Origin: an uncultured Candidatus Saccharibacteria bacterium
GTDB taxonomy: Bacteria; Patescibacteriota; Doudnabacteria; UBA920
Direction: 5' to 3'
Assembly (NCBI GenBank): GCA_964473815.1
Contig: CAYYQK010000001.1
Span: 179,845 to 243,844, forward strand
DNA: 64,000 nucleotides
The notes under the pieces were generated by a model, which searched no databases, was not told where the DNA came from, and saw nothing but the letters and a program-made list of their open reading frames with translations. This document shows, piece by piece, positions 40,077 through 50,104 of this stretch. A program made the translations under genes and the position numbers. How positions within the stretch are numbered: the first letter of the stretch is position 1; every line of letters starts with the position of its first letter.

Positions 40077-40105
40077 ATTATACCACTTTTTTCAGACCGT
40101 GTCAA
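40077..40105 (-). promoter_or_regulatory. Consensus sigma70 promoter
   Basis: TTGACA-17-TATAAT with TG extension. Confidence 0.85.
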
Positions 40106-40120
40106 ATAATGTGGGATAAT

Positions 40121-40152
40121 AAAAAACACCTCTCTGTAAGAGGTGCTTTTTT
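40121..40152. terminator. Terminator after secF
   Basis: CACCTCT/AGAGGTG stem with flanking A- and T-tracts. Confidence 0.75.
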
Positions 40153-40160
40153 GAGGAAAG

Positions 40161-41057
40161 TTATTTTCGTTGCTTGCGAGTTTTCCAATTTTGCCAAAGT
40201 ACGAGAATTGGTGAAGCTACGAAGATGGAAGAGTAAGTCCCAGAAGCAATACCAATGAACAAAGCTAAGACAAAGTAGCGGATTGTTACACCACCGAATA
40301 GCAACATAGCTAGCAACACGAACAATACAGTTAAACTAGTGTTCAAAGAACGAACCAAGGTTTGAGAAATACTGTGGTTAACGATAAAGTCGATTGGTTG
40401 ACCAGCATAGACGCGCAAGTTTTCACGGATACGGTCGAACACAATGATCGTGTCGTGAACCGAGAAACCCAGCACAGTAAGCATCGCTGTTACGAACAAG
40501 CTATCGATCTCAATCTTGAAGAAGTGTCCAAGAATAGAGAAAATTCCTAACACAATCAACAAGTCGTGAAGCAAGGCAATAATTGCGGCTAAACCGAATT
40601 GCAAAGGTGTAATTGGACGAGTAACCTTACGAAACGCGTAGGCAATGTAAGCCACAATACCCAGAGAAACCAAGATTAATTCGTAAAACGCCTTCTTCTT
40701 TAACTCTTGTCCAATTACTGGACCAATATTAGTAAAGCTTTTTTCGTCAAAATCACCAATATTGATCTTTAGATCAGCTTCTAGTTTATCATGCTGATCT
40801 TTTTCCATATTTTCGGTACGGATGATCAAGCCATTCTCCCCTGTTGCCTGCAGTTGATAGTTATGCAAACCATCGTTATCGAGAATTTGCTTAACTTTAT
40901 CCTGGTCAAAAGGTTGTTTGAATGCCAGTTCAGTTACAGTACCGCCTTTGAAGTCAATACCGAATTCTAGTCCGAAAACGCCGAGTGAAATCACTCCCAG
41001 AATCAAAACAATACCGGAAAGTGCAAATAAGTATTTGTAGTAATTTAGTAATCGCAT
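40161..41057 (-). CDS. secF: Protein translocase subunit SecF
   Basis: GIDFKGGT, GFSVHDTIIVFDRIREN, RSLNTS, GTYSSIF. Confidence 0.96.
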   Translation of the reverse strand: MRLLNYYKYLFALSGIVLILGVISLGVFGLEFGIDFKGGTVTELAFKQPFDQDKVKQILDNDGLHNYQLQATGENGLIIRTENMEKDQHDKLEADLKINIGDFDEKSFTNIGPVIGQELKKKAFYELILVSLGIVAYIAYAFRKVTRPITPLQFGLAAIIALLHDLLIVLGIFSILGHFFKIEIDSLFVTAMLTVLGFSVHDTIIVFDRIRENLRVYAGQPIDFIVNHSISQTLVRSLNTSLTVLFVLLAMLLFGGVTIRYFVLALFIGIASGTYSSIFVASPILVLWQNWKTRKQRK

Positions 41058-41058
41058 G

Positions 41059-42561
41059 TTAGTTCTGTGCTCCTTCCTTATTTGCTTTGCGCATGCTCAC
41101 ACCAAATAACCATGGGTGTGACATCAGATTGCTGGTCACAAATAATTTAATGAAGGTGCGGGTAATAGTAATTGCGGTGAACATTGAGATCAGAATACCG
41201 ATTGCCAAAGTTACAGCGAACCCTTTGATTGATGGAGTACCGAACATGTACAGAATTAATGTGGTAATCAAACTGGATACATTGGAGTCACGAATAGACA
41301 GCCATGCCCTTGCAAACCCATCGTCGATGGCTTTGTTAATGTCTTTTCCTGCCCGAATTTCTTCTTTCAAACGCTCGAAGATCAAAATGTTAGCATCTAC
41401 AGCCATACCAATTGAAAGGATGAATCCGGCGATACCTGCCAAAGTTAGAGTTACTGGAGAAACCCCACCGGCCAGTGTTAGCACAATGTAACTAATAATA
41501 GCCAGTAAGCCGAACCATCGGCTAAGGGTGAGGCCCATCAGGAAGAACACTCCCACCAGTATTACTGCAGTTAGCGAAACACCAATTTTGAATACTGCTA
41601 GGGACATCAATGTGTAAATGATCAATGCACCAATTGCGAGAATACCAGGAAAACGGTAATTGGCGATCATGAAGATCGCAATTAATAACATACCGATTAA
41701 TCCGGCAATGATAGATTTATTAATTGATTCCTGTCCAAGAGTGGCGCCAACGTTTTGCTGGGAAATTAGCTTAATTGGCACAGGCAAAGCACCAGAGTTT
41801 AAGCGAGTTGCTAATTCTTTAGCTGTTTGAGCAGTAAAGTTTCCAGAAATAATCGCTTCACCGTTAGTAATTGGAGTTTGTACTGTTGGAGCGCTCAGCA
41901 CTTGGCCATCAAGGAAAATAGCGATTTGCTTACCGACATTGGCAGTAGTCATATCGCTGAATAATTTAGTTCCTTCGGAATCAAACTGCAAACGAACGAC
42001 CACATCGTTAGAAATAGAAGTTTTACTAGAAGTTTGAATATCAGCTGTTGCTTTGGTAAGTTGTTTACCAGTTAAGCCAGTAGACTTCCATTGAGATCCT
42101 GGGTCAATAGCAACCTTACCATCAGGGCCAACTGTAGTTTTAATGTCGTTAGGATCACCTTGAGTTTTAAATTCGAGCAAAGGTGTTTGACCAATAAGTT
42201 CAATAGCTTTGTTTACATCTTTAATACCGGGCAATTCAATTACGATTTGATCTTTGCCCTGCACCTGCACAAGAGGTTCAGATACACCGAAACTGTTTAC
42301 GCGGCGTTCAATTGTATCACGCACTGCATTAAGCGCATCAGCACGATTTTCCTGAGCTACGTCTTTAAAATCTGCCTGATATACAAGATGAGATCCACCT
42401 TGTAAGTCCAACCCAAGATGAGTTGAAAATTCTTTATGATAATGGATTTTGAGTTTGTTCAGGTCGATCCGGCTACCATGAGGCCAAACTATCCACGCTG
42501 CGGCCAGTGCAATGAGAGCGATTCCGGCTAACATCAGCACTTTCATCAATATTGATTTCAT
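41059..42561 (-). CDS. secD: Protein translocase subunit SecD
   Basis: LGLDLQGG, RVN.FGVSEP, SGALP, GMAVDANILIFER. Confidence 0.96.
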   Translation of the reverse strand: MKSILMKVLMLAGIALIALAAAWIVWPHGSRIDLNKLKIHYHKEFSTHLGLDLQGGSHLVYQADFKDVAQENRADALNAVRDTIERRVNSFGVSEPLVQVQGKDQIVIELPGIKDVNKAIELIGQTPLLEFKTQGDPNDIKTTVGPDGKVAIDPGSQWKSTGLTGKQLTKATADIQTSSKTSISNDVVVRLQFDSEGTKLFSDMTTANVGKQIAIFLDGQVLSAPTVQTPITNGEAIISGNFTAQTAKELATRLNSGALPVPIKLISQQNVGATLGQESINKSIIAGLIGMLLIAIFMIANYRFPGILAIGALIIYTLMSLAVFKIGVSLTAVILVGVFFLMGLTLSRWFGLLAIISYIVLTLAGGVSPVTLTLAGIAGFILSIGMAVDANILIFERLKEEIRAGKDINKAIDDGFARAWLSIRDSNVSSLITTLILYMFGTPSIKGFAVTLAIGILISMFTAITITRTFIKLFVTSNLMSHPWLFGVSMRKANKEGAQN

Positions 42562-42597
42562 GCGGTTATATTCCGTTTGTTTAATAATACTTCGGTA

Positions 42598-45165
42598 TTA
42601 TAGCGAGTTCAGGCGCTTTAGGCAATTGGTTATGTCGGCCCGATCACGGTCGATCCAGTTAGCTTGGGCAGTGATTTTTTCCAGGACTTGCTTTACGGTT
42701 CGCTGGCCACTAGGGGCTGGGAATTTTTTGAAGAAAGCAGAAATTTCTTTGGCTTTTTTATGACTTGAAAAATGGCCCGCTCCTTCGATTGCGAATAGCA
42801 GCAAATGATCTTTGCGGTAGATTTCATTGATGCGTGTCCAATTTGTTTTTAACCATGACCAAGCGATTTTGCGATTTTTGTCATTGGCAAACGCCCAATA
42901 AATCAAAATTGTTGCATCAGACGGTCGGACAGATTTACTTAGCAACATGTCGAGTACTTTTTGATAAATTTTAGGGTCATCAAAATTCACTAACGCTCCC
43001 CCAACCCTGCGCTGCTCTTCTTGCATATGCGCAGTGGTGTACATGGTTTTGAGCTCTTCAAAAGTTTTATTATTCCCCTGTTTTGTCACTGCGCTGTAAA
43101 TTGTACCTCTGAGATCGGGGGCAATAGGTTTTCTGTTACGTTGTTTGAAAAGTGAGATGGCTTTGGCCTGAATTGCTTTGTCACCATAGCGGATAGCTTG
43201 CGCAAGAATTAAAGATCGCAGCATCCCACGGGAATTGCTTTCTTTATGCTGCGGTGTCCAACCAACTAATTTTAGAGTTGGTTTCAAAAGCTTTAGGTAG
43301 TAAGAAGCTAATTGTTCTTGCAGTTTTGGATAATCTTGAGCGATATTGTAAATTTCTTGCAATGTTCCTGATATTTCTGCCCAGATAATATAACTCTCTT
43401 CATTCTCAAAAGCTTGTACAAATTCCAAGAAAACCGAAGTAGAGAGATGACCGCTCTTTACTAACGCGCCAAGGTCGCGAATGATACCAAATCGGTCAAT
43501 GGTACCCAACTCCTTAGTTTTGATTGGTTCGTATAACTTGGCCAGCAAAGACGGACTGTAAAGTGTTCGATAAAAGCCAGTTTCGTTTGGATTGGTCTTT
43601 AGGAAGTGGGTTTGTTCATCTACTGTAAACTTTTTTCTCAAAGTACTAAACACATCAATTTTGCTAAGTTTTTTCGTGCCAAGCTGAAGCTGTAGTGGAA
43701 TTGGCCAGGAAGTTTTGTCAGATGATTTATTAAGTGTAAATCGCGCTTGTTCCACTTGTAGCTGTCCTGGTTTTGTTTCAGCGATTTTAATTAGCGGGTA
43801 GCCATCTTTAGAAACCCATGTGTGCATAAATTTGCGAACCGGTTTCTTTGAAACTTTTTCAAAGGCTTCCCACAAATGAATGGATGAAGTGTTTTTATAG
43901 CTGTGTTTTTTTAGATACAGACGCAGACCATCGCGAAAATCTTCTGCGCCTAAGTAGTTATGTAGCATTCTTAACACACTTGCCCCTTTTGAATAGCTAA
44001 TTGCATCAAAAATTTCTGAGATTTGATCCGGATGATGTACTTCTACTTCGATCGGGTGTGTATTTTTTAAGCTATCGAGTTCAAGGGCATGAGCGTGCGC
44101 TGTTAAAACAAAACGCGTCCAGTATTTCCATTCTGGGAAAAGTTCCGCAACAACTAAATTAGCCATAAATGTGGCAAAGCTTTCGTTAAGCCATAAATAA
44201 GTCCACCACTCCATGGTAACTAGATTTCCAAACCATTGATGAACTAGCTCATGAACAATTACTTCTGCAATGCGTTGACGGTTTGCAAAAGCAGTATGAT
44301 CTTCGTCTACCAATAGTGCAGATTCACGAAAAGTTACTGCTCCCCAGTTTTCCATTGCGGCTGCAGAAAAATCTGGAATAGAAATTAAATCCAAAATTGG
44401 CAATGGATATTTTACCCCAAAATATTCGTTCATAAACTCCAGGCTGCGCTTGGCAACATCCAAAGCAAATTTTGTTTGCTTCTTTTTTCCTTTCAGAACA
44501 TATGCGCGAATTTTGACCCCATCTTTCGTTTTAGTCTCTGCAATATCGAATTCTCCTATTATATAAGCCAATAAATAGGTCGACATCTTTGGGCTTGGCT
44601 TGAAATTAACGACCTTTAGGCCAGGATCATGCTTCACTCCTTGTGGAGTACCGGTTTCAATTGTGTTGGAAATAGCATGCAAGTGCTTTGGTACAATGAG
44701 TGAAAGTTCAAAAATTGCTTTTTGGGCTGGCTCATCAAAACAAGGGAAAGCTCGACGCGCATCGGTGGATTCAAATTGCGTTGTGACTATATGTTTTGTT
44801 TCTCCCAAATGTTGATACTGGCTTTTGTAAAAACCACGCAAACTTTCGGCAATCACTCCGCGGAATTCTAAATACAACCGCCCTTTGCCTTTAGGTAAAA
44901 CTTTTCTGAAATTTATTGTTACAGTTTCGTTTTTCTCCTGGTAGGCAATCTTTGCAATTTCTATTCGATCTTTACCGATTTGAAACCACCCGTCAGTAAT
45001 TTCCAAATCCTTGCTGTGCAAAATAATTTTTTTGTCAGCTTGAGTTAATGTAACAAAAATAGTTTCTGATCCTGCAAAAGAAAAAGCCTCCATATCGGGT
45101 TGTATTCGGAGTTTATATTTTTGTGGGGTGATATGCTTCGGCAAACGAACGTTGGTTTTACTCAT
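42598..45165 (-). CDS. pepN: M1 family zinc aminopeptidase
   Basis: AAMENWG, HELVHQWFGNLVT...WLNESFA (HExxH-18-E), YSKG; ERAP1-like C-terminus. Confidence 0.93.
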   Translation of the reverse strand: MSKTNVRLPKHITPQKYKLRIQPDMEAFSFAGSETIFVTLTQADKKIILHSKDLEITDGWFQIGKDRIEIAKIAYQEKNETVTINFRKVLPKGKGRLYLEFRGVIAESLRGFYKSQYQHLGETKHIVTTQFESTDARRAFPCFDEPAQKAIFELSLIVPKHLHAISNTIETGTPQGVKHDPGLKVVNFKPSPKMSTYLLAYIIGEFDIAETKTKDGVKIRAYVLKGKKKQTKFALDVAKRSLEFMNEYFGVKYPLPILDLISIPDFSAAAMENWGAVTFRESALLVDEDHTAFANRQRIAEVIVHELVHQWFGNLVTMEWWTYLWLNESFATFMANLVVAELFPEWKYWTRFVLTAHAHALELDSLKNTHPIEVEVHHPDQISEIFDAISYSKGASVLRMLHNYLGAEDFRDGLRLYLKKHSYKNTSSIHLWEAFEKVSKKPVRKFMHTWVSKDGYPLIKIAETKPGQLQVEQARFTLNKSSDKTSWPIPLQLQLGTKKLSKIDVFSTLRKKFTVDEQTHFLKTNPNETGFYRTLYSPSLLAKLYEPIKTKELGTIDRFGIIRDLGALVKSGHLSTSVFLEFVQAFENEESYIIWAEISGTLQEIYNIAQDYPKLQEQLASYYLKLLKPTLKLVGWTPQHKESNSRGMLRSLILAQAIRYGDKAIQAKAISLFKQRNRKPIAPDLRGTIYSAVTKQGNNKTFEELKTMYTTAHMQEEQRRVGGALVNFDDPKIYQKVLDMLLSKSVRPSDATILIYWAFANDKNRKIAWSWLKTNWTRINEIYRKDHLLLFAIEGAGHFSSHKKAKEISAFFKKFPAPSGQRTVKQVLEKITAQANWIDRDRADITNCLKRLNSL

Positions 45166-45715
45166 TTATAATCCTTTTTAACTTTTTAAAATCTTTGGCA
45201 ATGATCTGGCGCAGCTTTGGTAAATACAGCGCTGCAGCTGGATGATAGCTGATGAAATATTTTAGCCCGTCAATAACTACAACTGTTCCATGGGCCTTAC
45301 TGATTGATAGCTTTGTATTGAGTTGAGAAACTGTTGCACTATTGCCAAGCAAGACAACAACTTTTGGTTTAATCACTTTTAGTTGTTGCAATAAATGTAT
45401 TCTACCATGCTCTATATCTTTTGGCTTTGGGGTAATATAGTTTTTAGGTAAATATTTGATGGAGCTGGTAATGAATGTGTCTTTTTCTGTTAAATCAGTA
45501 TTTTTGATCCACTCTCGCAATAAAGTTCCTGAGCGACCGACAAATGGGCGCCCGGTTTTAATTTCTTCTTTGCCAGGAGCCTCTCCAATAAAAACAACTT
45601 TTGCTGTCGCGCTACCTTCACCGACAACTAATTGACCTTGCTTTGATTTATTACAAATCGAGCATTCCAAAATTCGCTTGTTAACAAGTTGTAATTCCTG
45701 TTCAGATTTAGACAT
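45158..45715 (-). CDS. Uracil-DNA glycosylase, family 4-like
   Basis: IGEAPG..E...GRPFVG.SG and YHPAA motifs. Confidence 0.88.
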   Translation of the reverse strand: MSKSEQELQLVNKRILECSICNKSKQGQLVVGEGSATAKVVFIGEAPGKEEIKTGRPFVGRSGTLLREWIKNTDLTEKDTFITSSIKYLPKNYITPKPKDIEHGRIHLLQQLKVIKPKVVVLLGNSATVSQLNTKLSISKAHGTVVVIDGLKYFISYHPAAALYLPKLRQIIAKDFKKLKRIINE

Positions 45716-45716
45716 T

Positions 45717-46259
45717 TTAACTGATAATATTAGCAGATCCTGCTTTCAGTTCGTGATCCACAATTTCACCTAAAGGCGTGTCAGTAAATTTAACTTCTTG
45801 TCCCCACTCGTTAATTTCAATTACTAAGGTGTTGTGGCCTCCGTTGGATTTTTCTTTAAACAGAACATCTTTGTTTTTTAGAATTGAAGCAGCCTCTTCT
45901 AAATTATTTGTGAAAATTTCTATATGATCGATAAGATCATAGGTTGTTGCAATAGCTCCCGGCTTTGGTTCGATGATTTCTAATAGATTAACTGAACCAA
46001 AAGTTCCAGCTTCAAGTGGCTTTTGTAACACCACCGTGGCAAGATCCCGATCATTTATTCTCGCAGAACTTAAACGCTCCGAAAGAGGTTTGTAAATATC
46101 TAAATATTGTTCGTAAGTTTCTCTATTCAGCGCCTTAATAGCCACATGATCAATGGGCTTGTCTATTACTAAATTAGCTAAGCCGTAGGAATAAAAAAAG
46201 AGCTTAGCTTCTTCTGAATAATTAGACAAAAGTTCTTGTAAGCGATTAGGTTGAATCAT
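45717..46259 (-). CDS. VOC/YecM-like protein
   Basis: IDHVAIK, INDRDL, LEIIEPK, DHIE, VKF...L. Confidence 0.65.
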   Translation of the reverse strand: MIQPNRLQELLSNYSEEAKLFFYSYGLANLVIDKPIDHVAIKALNRETYEQYLDIYKPLSERLSSARINDRDLATVVLQKPLEAGTFGSVNLLEIIEPKPGAIATTYDLIDHIEIFTNNLEEAASILKNKDVLFKEKSNGGHNTLVIEINEWGQEVKFTDTPLGEIVDHELKAGSANIIS

Positions 46260-46260
46260 T

Positions 46261-46488
46261 TTATTTTTCTCTAATCCATTGGAAGCGTGGGACTTGTTCT
46301 CCGTACCAATCTACCAATTCTTCAAATTGCTCTAAGGGTCTGACGTACAAAGGAAAGTTATCGTATTGGCCTTGGTATACCACCAATTCACGCTCGCGGT
46401 TATTTTCATCTTCAGCAACACCAATTAAAAGGTATTCCCCGCCCTTTTCTCCTTTATAGTGTCTGTAAATTCCTGGTTTAAGTGTCAT
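46261..46488 (-). CDS. DUF1653 protein
   Basis: GIYRHYKG..Y...VVYQ..Y...YVRP...F. Confidence 0.88.
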   Translation of the reverse strand: MTLKPGIYRHYKGEKGGEYLLIGVAEDENNRERELVVYQGQYDNFPLYVRPLEQFEELVDWYGEQVPRFQWIREK

Positions 46489-46870
46489 AAGTTAAAAAAA
46501 TTTTTTTTAGCCGGCCAAATGTTCATGGATCTCATTTGATCCAGAGTAAAATATTTAGCTTCTCTAATTTCGTCTTTATTTATTTTGATTTCACCTGCTT
46601 CAATTTCGCACTTCCACCAATGTGCTTGTTCATCTTGAATGTCGTTACTAGATTCAGATATTTTTTCGATTGGTTTAATCTCAATATTCAATTCTTCTTT
46701 CAGTTCTCTTTTTAATGCCTCGACTTCAGTTTCGTATTCCTCCACGTGCCCACTCGGTGGATAATAATAACCCGTGAATTGACCAAAATCTTTTTAGAAT
46801 TTACTAAGAGATATTCGTCGATGCCCTCATCGTTCATTCGTGAAATTACCGCAACTACAACTTCTTTCAT
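46485..46870 (-). pseudogene. NUDIX hydrolase split by a 1-nt frameshift
   Basis: ATG 46870 gives MKEVVVAVI...YLLVNSKK; the Nudix box GHVEEYETEVEALKRELKEELNI is in the -1 frame; junction at A5 run 46791-46795. Confidence 0.75.
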
Positions 46871-47266
46871 CTACTTTCTGATTTCTGGTATACGGCTGCG
46901 CGGTATTACGCGCACTTGCACTGTTTGGTGCCCTAAGATTTTTGACTTCATTAGTCTGTGCAAGCCATCCAGAATTAGCCATTTACCTTTATTTTCCATA
47001 ATGTCGATCGGATAATCAAGATTCACTGCCATTGTTCGCTTGTACTCTTCTTCGTGTAGTTCAGGATTCTTCATAATTTCATTCGGGGTAAGTTTATTAA
47101 TACCGTATTCCCAAACAAAAGGCACGTCAAAATGCCATTCCAATTCAGAGATATTCATTGGCTCAACTTTTTCGTTTAGCTCCCAAACTTTGCGCACATC
47201 CCAAGAAAAATCAAATCCCGATTCATCAACTATTTCTGGTAAATTTGTGTTTCCCGATTGGTTCAT
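46871..47266 (-). CDS. Small ParB/Sulfiredoxin-fold protein
   Basis: YPIDI...ILDGLHRL motif. Confidence 0.7.
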   Translation of the reverse strand: MNQSGNTNLPEIVDESGFDFSWDVRKVWELNEKVEPMNISELEWHFDVPFVWEYGINKLTPNEIMKNPELHEEEYKRTMAVNLDYPIDIMENKGKWLILDGLHRLMKSKILGHQTVQVRVIPRSRIPEIRK

Positions 47267-50005
47267 TTATTTTGCTAAATTTTGTTGATGTTCAGCTGAG
47301 TTAATTAAACCACACTTCTTATATTTCTTGCCACTACCACAATAGCATAAATCATTGCGACCAATATTAGCTGCGCGCGGATCAGCATCTTCAATCGTAG
47401 ATGTTTGCGTATTAGATGTTTCACCACCACCAGCTTCACTTCCGGACAAAACAATATTTGTGGGTGCTGCTTGCTGCTGGGGTTGCTCGTGGGTGTGTAC
47501 TTTGAGAACCGAGAAAATTACCTGACGGTCAATTTCATCAAGTAAACGTTGAAACAGTTGGTAACCTTCCTTTTTGTATTCAACTAATGGATCGCGTTGA
47601 CCATAACCACGCAAGCGCACACTATCGCGCAAGTGGTCCATAGTATCCAAATGCTCCATCCACAAGTTGTCGATAGATTGCAGCATTAAGAAGCGCATGA
47701 TCTGCTCATAATTTTCTTTGCCGATCTCTGCTTCTTTTTCTTCTAAAGCTTTTTCCGCAGCTTGTTTTAAACCATCTACTAGCACAAATTCACGATCAGC
47801 AGCATTGTTCATAGCTTCAGCTATGGTGGCGCGTCCAGTATCTGCAATTGGGAAAATTGTATTTACATTTTCGTAAATGCGTTCCAGTTTCTCAGCTTCG
47901 CTACCTTCACCAGAAAAATTACTTTCAACTATATATTCAATCTCATCGTGGATCATTTCCAAAACTTCTGCACGAATATCGTGAAGATTTTCTAAACCTT
48001 CAGGCTGACCAGATAAATACTGACGACGGCGTTTGTAAACTACACCACGCTGGCTATTCAATACGTCATCGTATTCCAATACGTTTTTACGAGTGTCAAA
48101 GTTCAATCCTTCAATTTTCTTTTGAGCACTTTCGATAGAACGAGATACTAACTTCGCTTCGATTGGTTGATCATCGGGTATGCGCAAAGTAGTCATCATG
48201 TTTTGCATGCGTTCCCCACCGAATAAGCGCATCAAGTCATCTTCCATGGAAACATAGAATTGTGATGAGCCCGGGTCGCCTTGACGACCGCTACGTCCGC
48301 GCAGCTGATTATCGATACGGCGAGACTCATGGCGTTCCGTACCAATTACGGCCAAACCACCAGCTTGGCGCACTAATTCCGCTTCTTCCTTATCGACTGG
48401 ATTTCCACCCAGTAAAATGTCCACACCACGGCCAGCAATGTTTGTAGCGAGCGTAATGGCCCCTGGACGTCCTGCTTGTGCAATGATTTGCGCTTCACGT
48501 TCGTGGTTTTTAGCGTTCAATAGTTCAAACCTCAAGCCTTCACGCTTTAAGTGTTCTGCCAAAATTTCGTTCTTGGCTATACTAACCGTACCAATTAGAA
48601 CTGGTTGGCCGTTTTTGTGACGCTCTTTAACATCTTTTGCAATTGCGGCAAATTTGCCATTTTCATTCTTGTAAATTAAGTCAGACTTGTCCTCACGAAT
48701 CATTTCTTTGTTAGTCGGTACTTGCACAACTTCAAGTTTGTAAATTTTGAAGAATTCTTCTTCTTCTGTTTTGGCAGTACCGGTCATCCCAGAAAGCTTG
48801 GCATACAAACGGAACAAGTTCTGGAAAGTGATTGTTGCCAAAGTTTTGCTTTCCTGTTGAATCTTTACGTTTTCTTTTGCTTCGATTGCTTGGTGCAAAC
48901 CTTCACTGTAACGACGACCAAACATTAAACGACCCGTGAATTCATCCACAATAACAATTTCACCGTCGCGAATAACGTAATCACGGTCTTTTAAGAATAA
49001 TGTTTTAGCACGCAATGCTTGTTCAATATGATGCAAAGTCGTAACACCTTTTGAAGTGTCATAAATGTTATCGACTTTTAAAATCTTTTCAATTCTATTG
49101 ATACCATCGTCAGTTAAGCTTGCAGCTTTGTGCTTTTCATCTACTGTATAGTCAACTTCATCTTGAAGCTGCGAAACCATTTTAGAGAACTGCACATATT
49201 TGTCGGTTGGATCTGTATCAGGTTGAGAAATAATTAAAGGGGTGCGAGCTTCGTCAATTAAGATACTGTCGACTTCGTCTACAATTGCAAAGAACAAATC
49301 GCGCTGGCGAAGTTGCTGCACTTGTTGAACCATGTTGTCGCGCAAATAGTCGAAACCAAATTCATTGTTTGTTCCATAAGTAATGTCTGCGTTGTAGGCT
49401 TCTGGGCGAGAAACTGGTCGCATGTGCTTAACATCTAAAACAAGTCCTTGAGTTTCACCTTCGATAGCTTCGATTTCCTCTTGTTCTGGTTGGTAGGATG
49501 AATCAAACAAAAAAGATGCTTCGTGCTGAATACTTGCTACCGACAAACCTAAAAAGTGGAACAAGCGACCCATATCGCTAGCTTGCCAACGCGCCAAGTA
49601 ATCGTTAACTGTGACTAAATGTGCCCCGCGTCCGGCCAACGCAAAAAGCACCAACGGCAAAGTCGCTGTAAGTGTTTTACCTTCACCAGTTTTCATTTCC
49701 GCAATGCGGCCTTCAGCTAGGGCAATACCACCAGCGAGCTGTACATCGTAATGGAACTGGCCGCGACTGCGTTTAGAAGCTTCGCGGGTTAGAGCAAAAA
49801 CGCGCGGGCGAATTTCTGCCAGCTTAACAAAAACTTTTGCTTGGTCGTTAATGCTAGCTAAATCTTCTTTGAACTTAGCGATCTCAGCACGGATTTCATC
49901 ATCCGACAAAGCATTGATTTCTTCTTTGTAGCTATTAATTTTAGCGATTTCTGAGCTGTATTTGCCCAGAGAGTCGCTGGAAAAAAATCTTGAAAATATG
50001 GACAT
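47267..50005 (-). CDS. secA: Preprotein translocase ATPase SecA
   Basis: MKTGEGKT, VDEVDSILIDEARTPL, QLRGRSGRQGDPG, SEC-C CYCGSGKKYKKC. Confidence 0.98.
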   Translation of the reverse strand: MSIFSRFFSSDSLGKYSSEIAKINSYKEEINALSDDEIRAEIAKFKEDLASINDQAKVFVKLAEIRPRVFALTREASKRSRGQFHYDVQLAGGIALAEGRIAEMKTGEGKTLTATLPLVLFALAGRGAHLVTVNDYLARWQASDMGRLFHFLGLSVASIQHEASFLFDSSYQPEQEEIEAIEGETQGLVLDVKHMRPVSRPEAYNADITYGTNNEFGFDYLRDNMVQQVQQLRQRDLFFAIVDEVDSILIDEARTPLIISQPDTDPTDKYVQFSKMVSQLQDEVDYTVDEKHKAASLTDDGINRIEKILKVDNIYDTSKGVTTLHHIEQALRAKTLFLKDRDYVIRDGEIVIVDEFTGRLMFGRRYSEGLHQAIEAKENVKIQQESKTLATITFQNLFRLYAKLSGMTGTAKTEEEEFFKIYKLEVVQVPTNKEMIREDKSDLIYKNENGKFAAIAKDVKERHKNGQPVLIGTVSIAKNEILAEHLKREGLRFELLNAKNHEREAQIIAQAGRPGAITLATNIAGRGVDILLGGNPVDKEEAELVRQAGGLAVIGTERHESRRIDNQLRGRSGRQGDPGSSQFYVSMEDDLMRLFGGERMQNMMTTLRIPDDQPIEAKLVSRSIESAQKKIEGLNFDTRKNVLEYDDVLNSQRGVVYKRRRQYLSGQPEGLENLHDIRAEVLEMIHDEIEYIVESNFSGEGSEAEKLERIYENVNTIFPIADTGRATIAEAMNNAADREFVLVDGLKQAAEKALEEKEAEIGKENYEQIMRFLMLQSIDNLWMEHLDTMDHLRDSVRLRGYGQRDPLVEYKKEGYQLFQRLLDEIDRQVIFSVLKVHTHEQPQQQAAPTNIVLSGSEAGGGETSNTQTSTIEDADPRAANIGRNDLCYCGSGKKYKKCGLINSAEHQQNLAK

Positions 50006-50074
50006 CTATAAATTTGCTTAAAAATACCTCGATAATAGTAAGAAAATCCCTGCAAATCGCAAGGATTTCACTGT

Positions 50075-50083
50075 ATTATAGCA
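50075..50083 (-). promoter_or_regulatory. Extended -10 promoter upstream of secA
   Basis: TGCTATAAT. Confidence 0.55.
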
Positions 50084-50104
50084 TTTTTGCCAAAATTTGC
50101 CTAT

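Noticed and set aside
47267-50005. Acidic insert in SecA (SSYQPEQEEIEAIEGETQG) as a possible intein
   Set aside because: Only about 30 aa and lacks intein splice motifs; a variable loop
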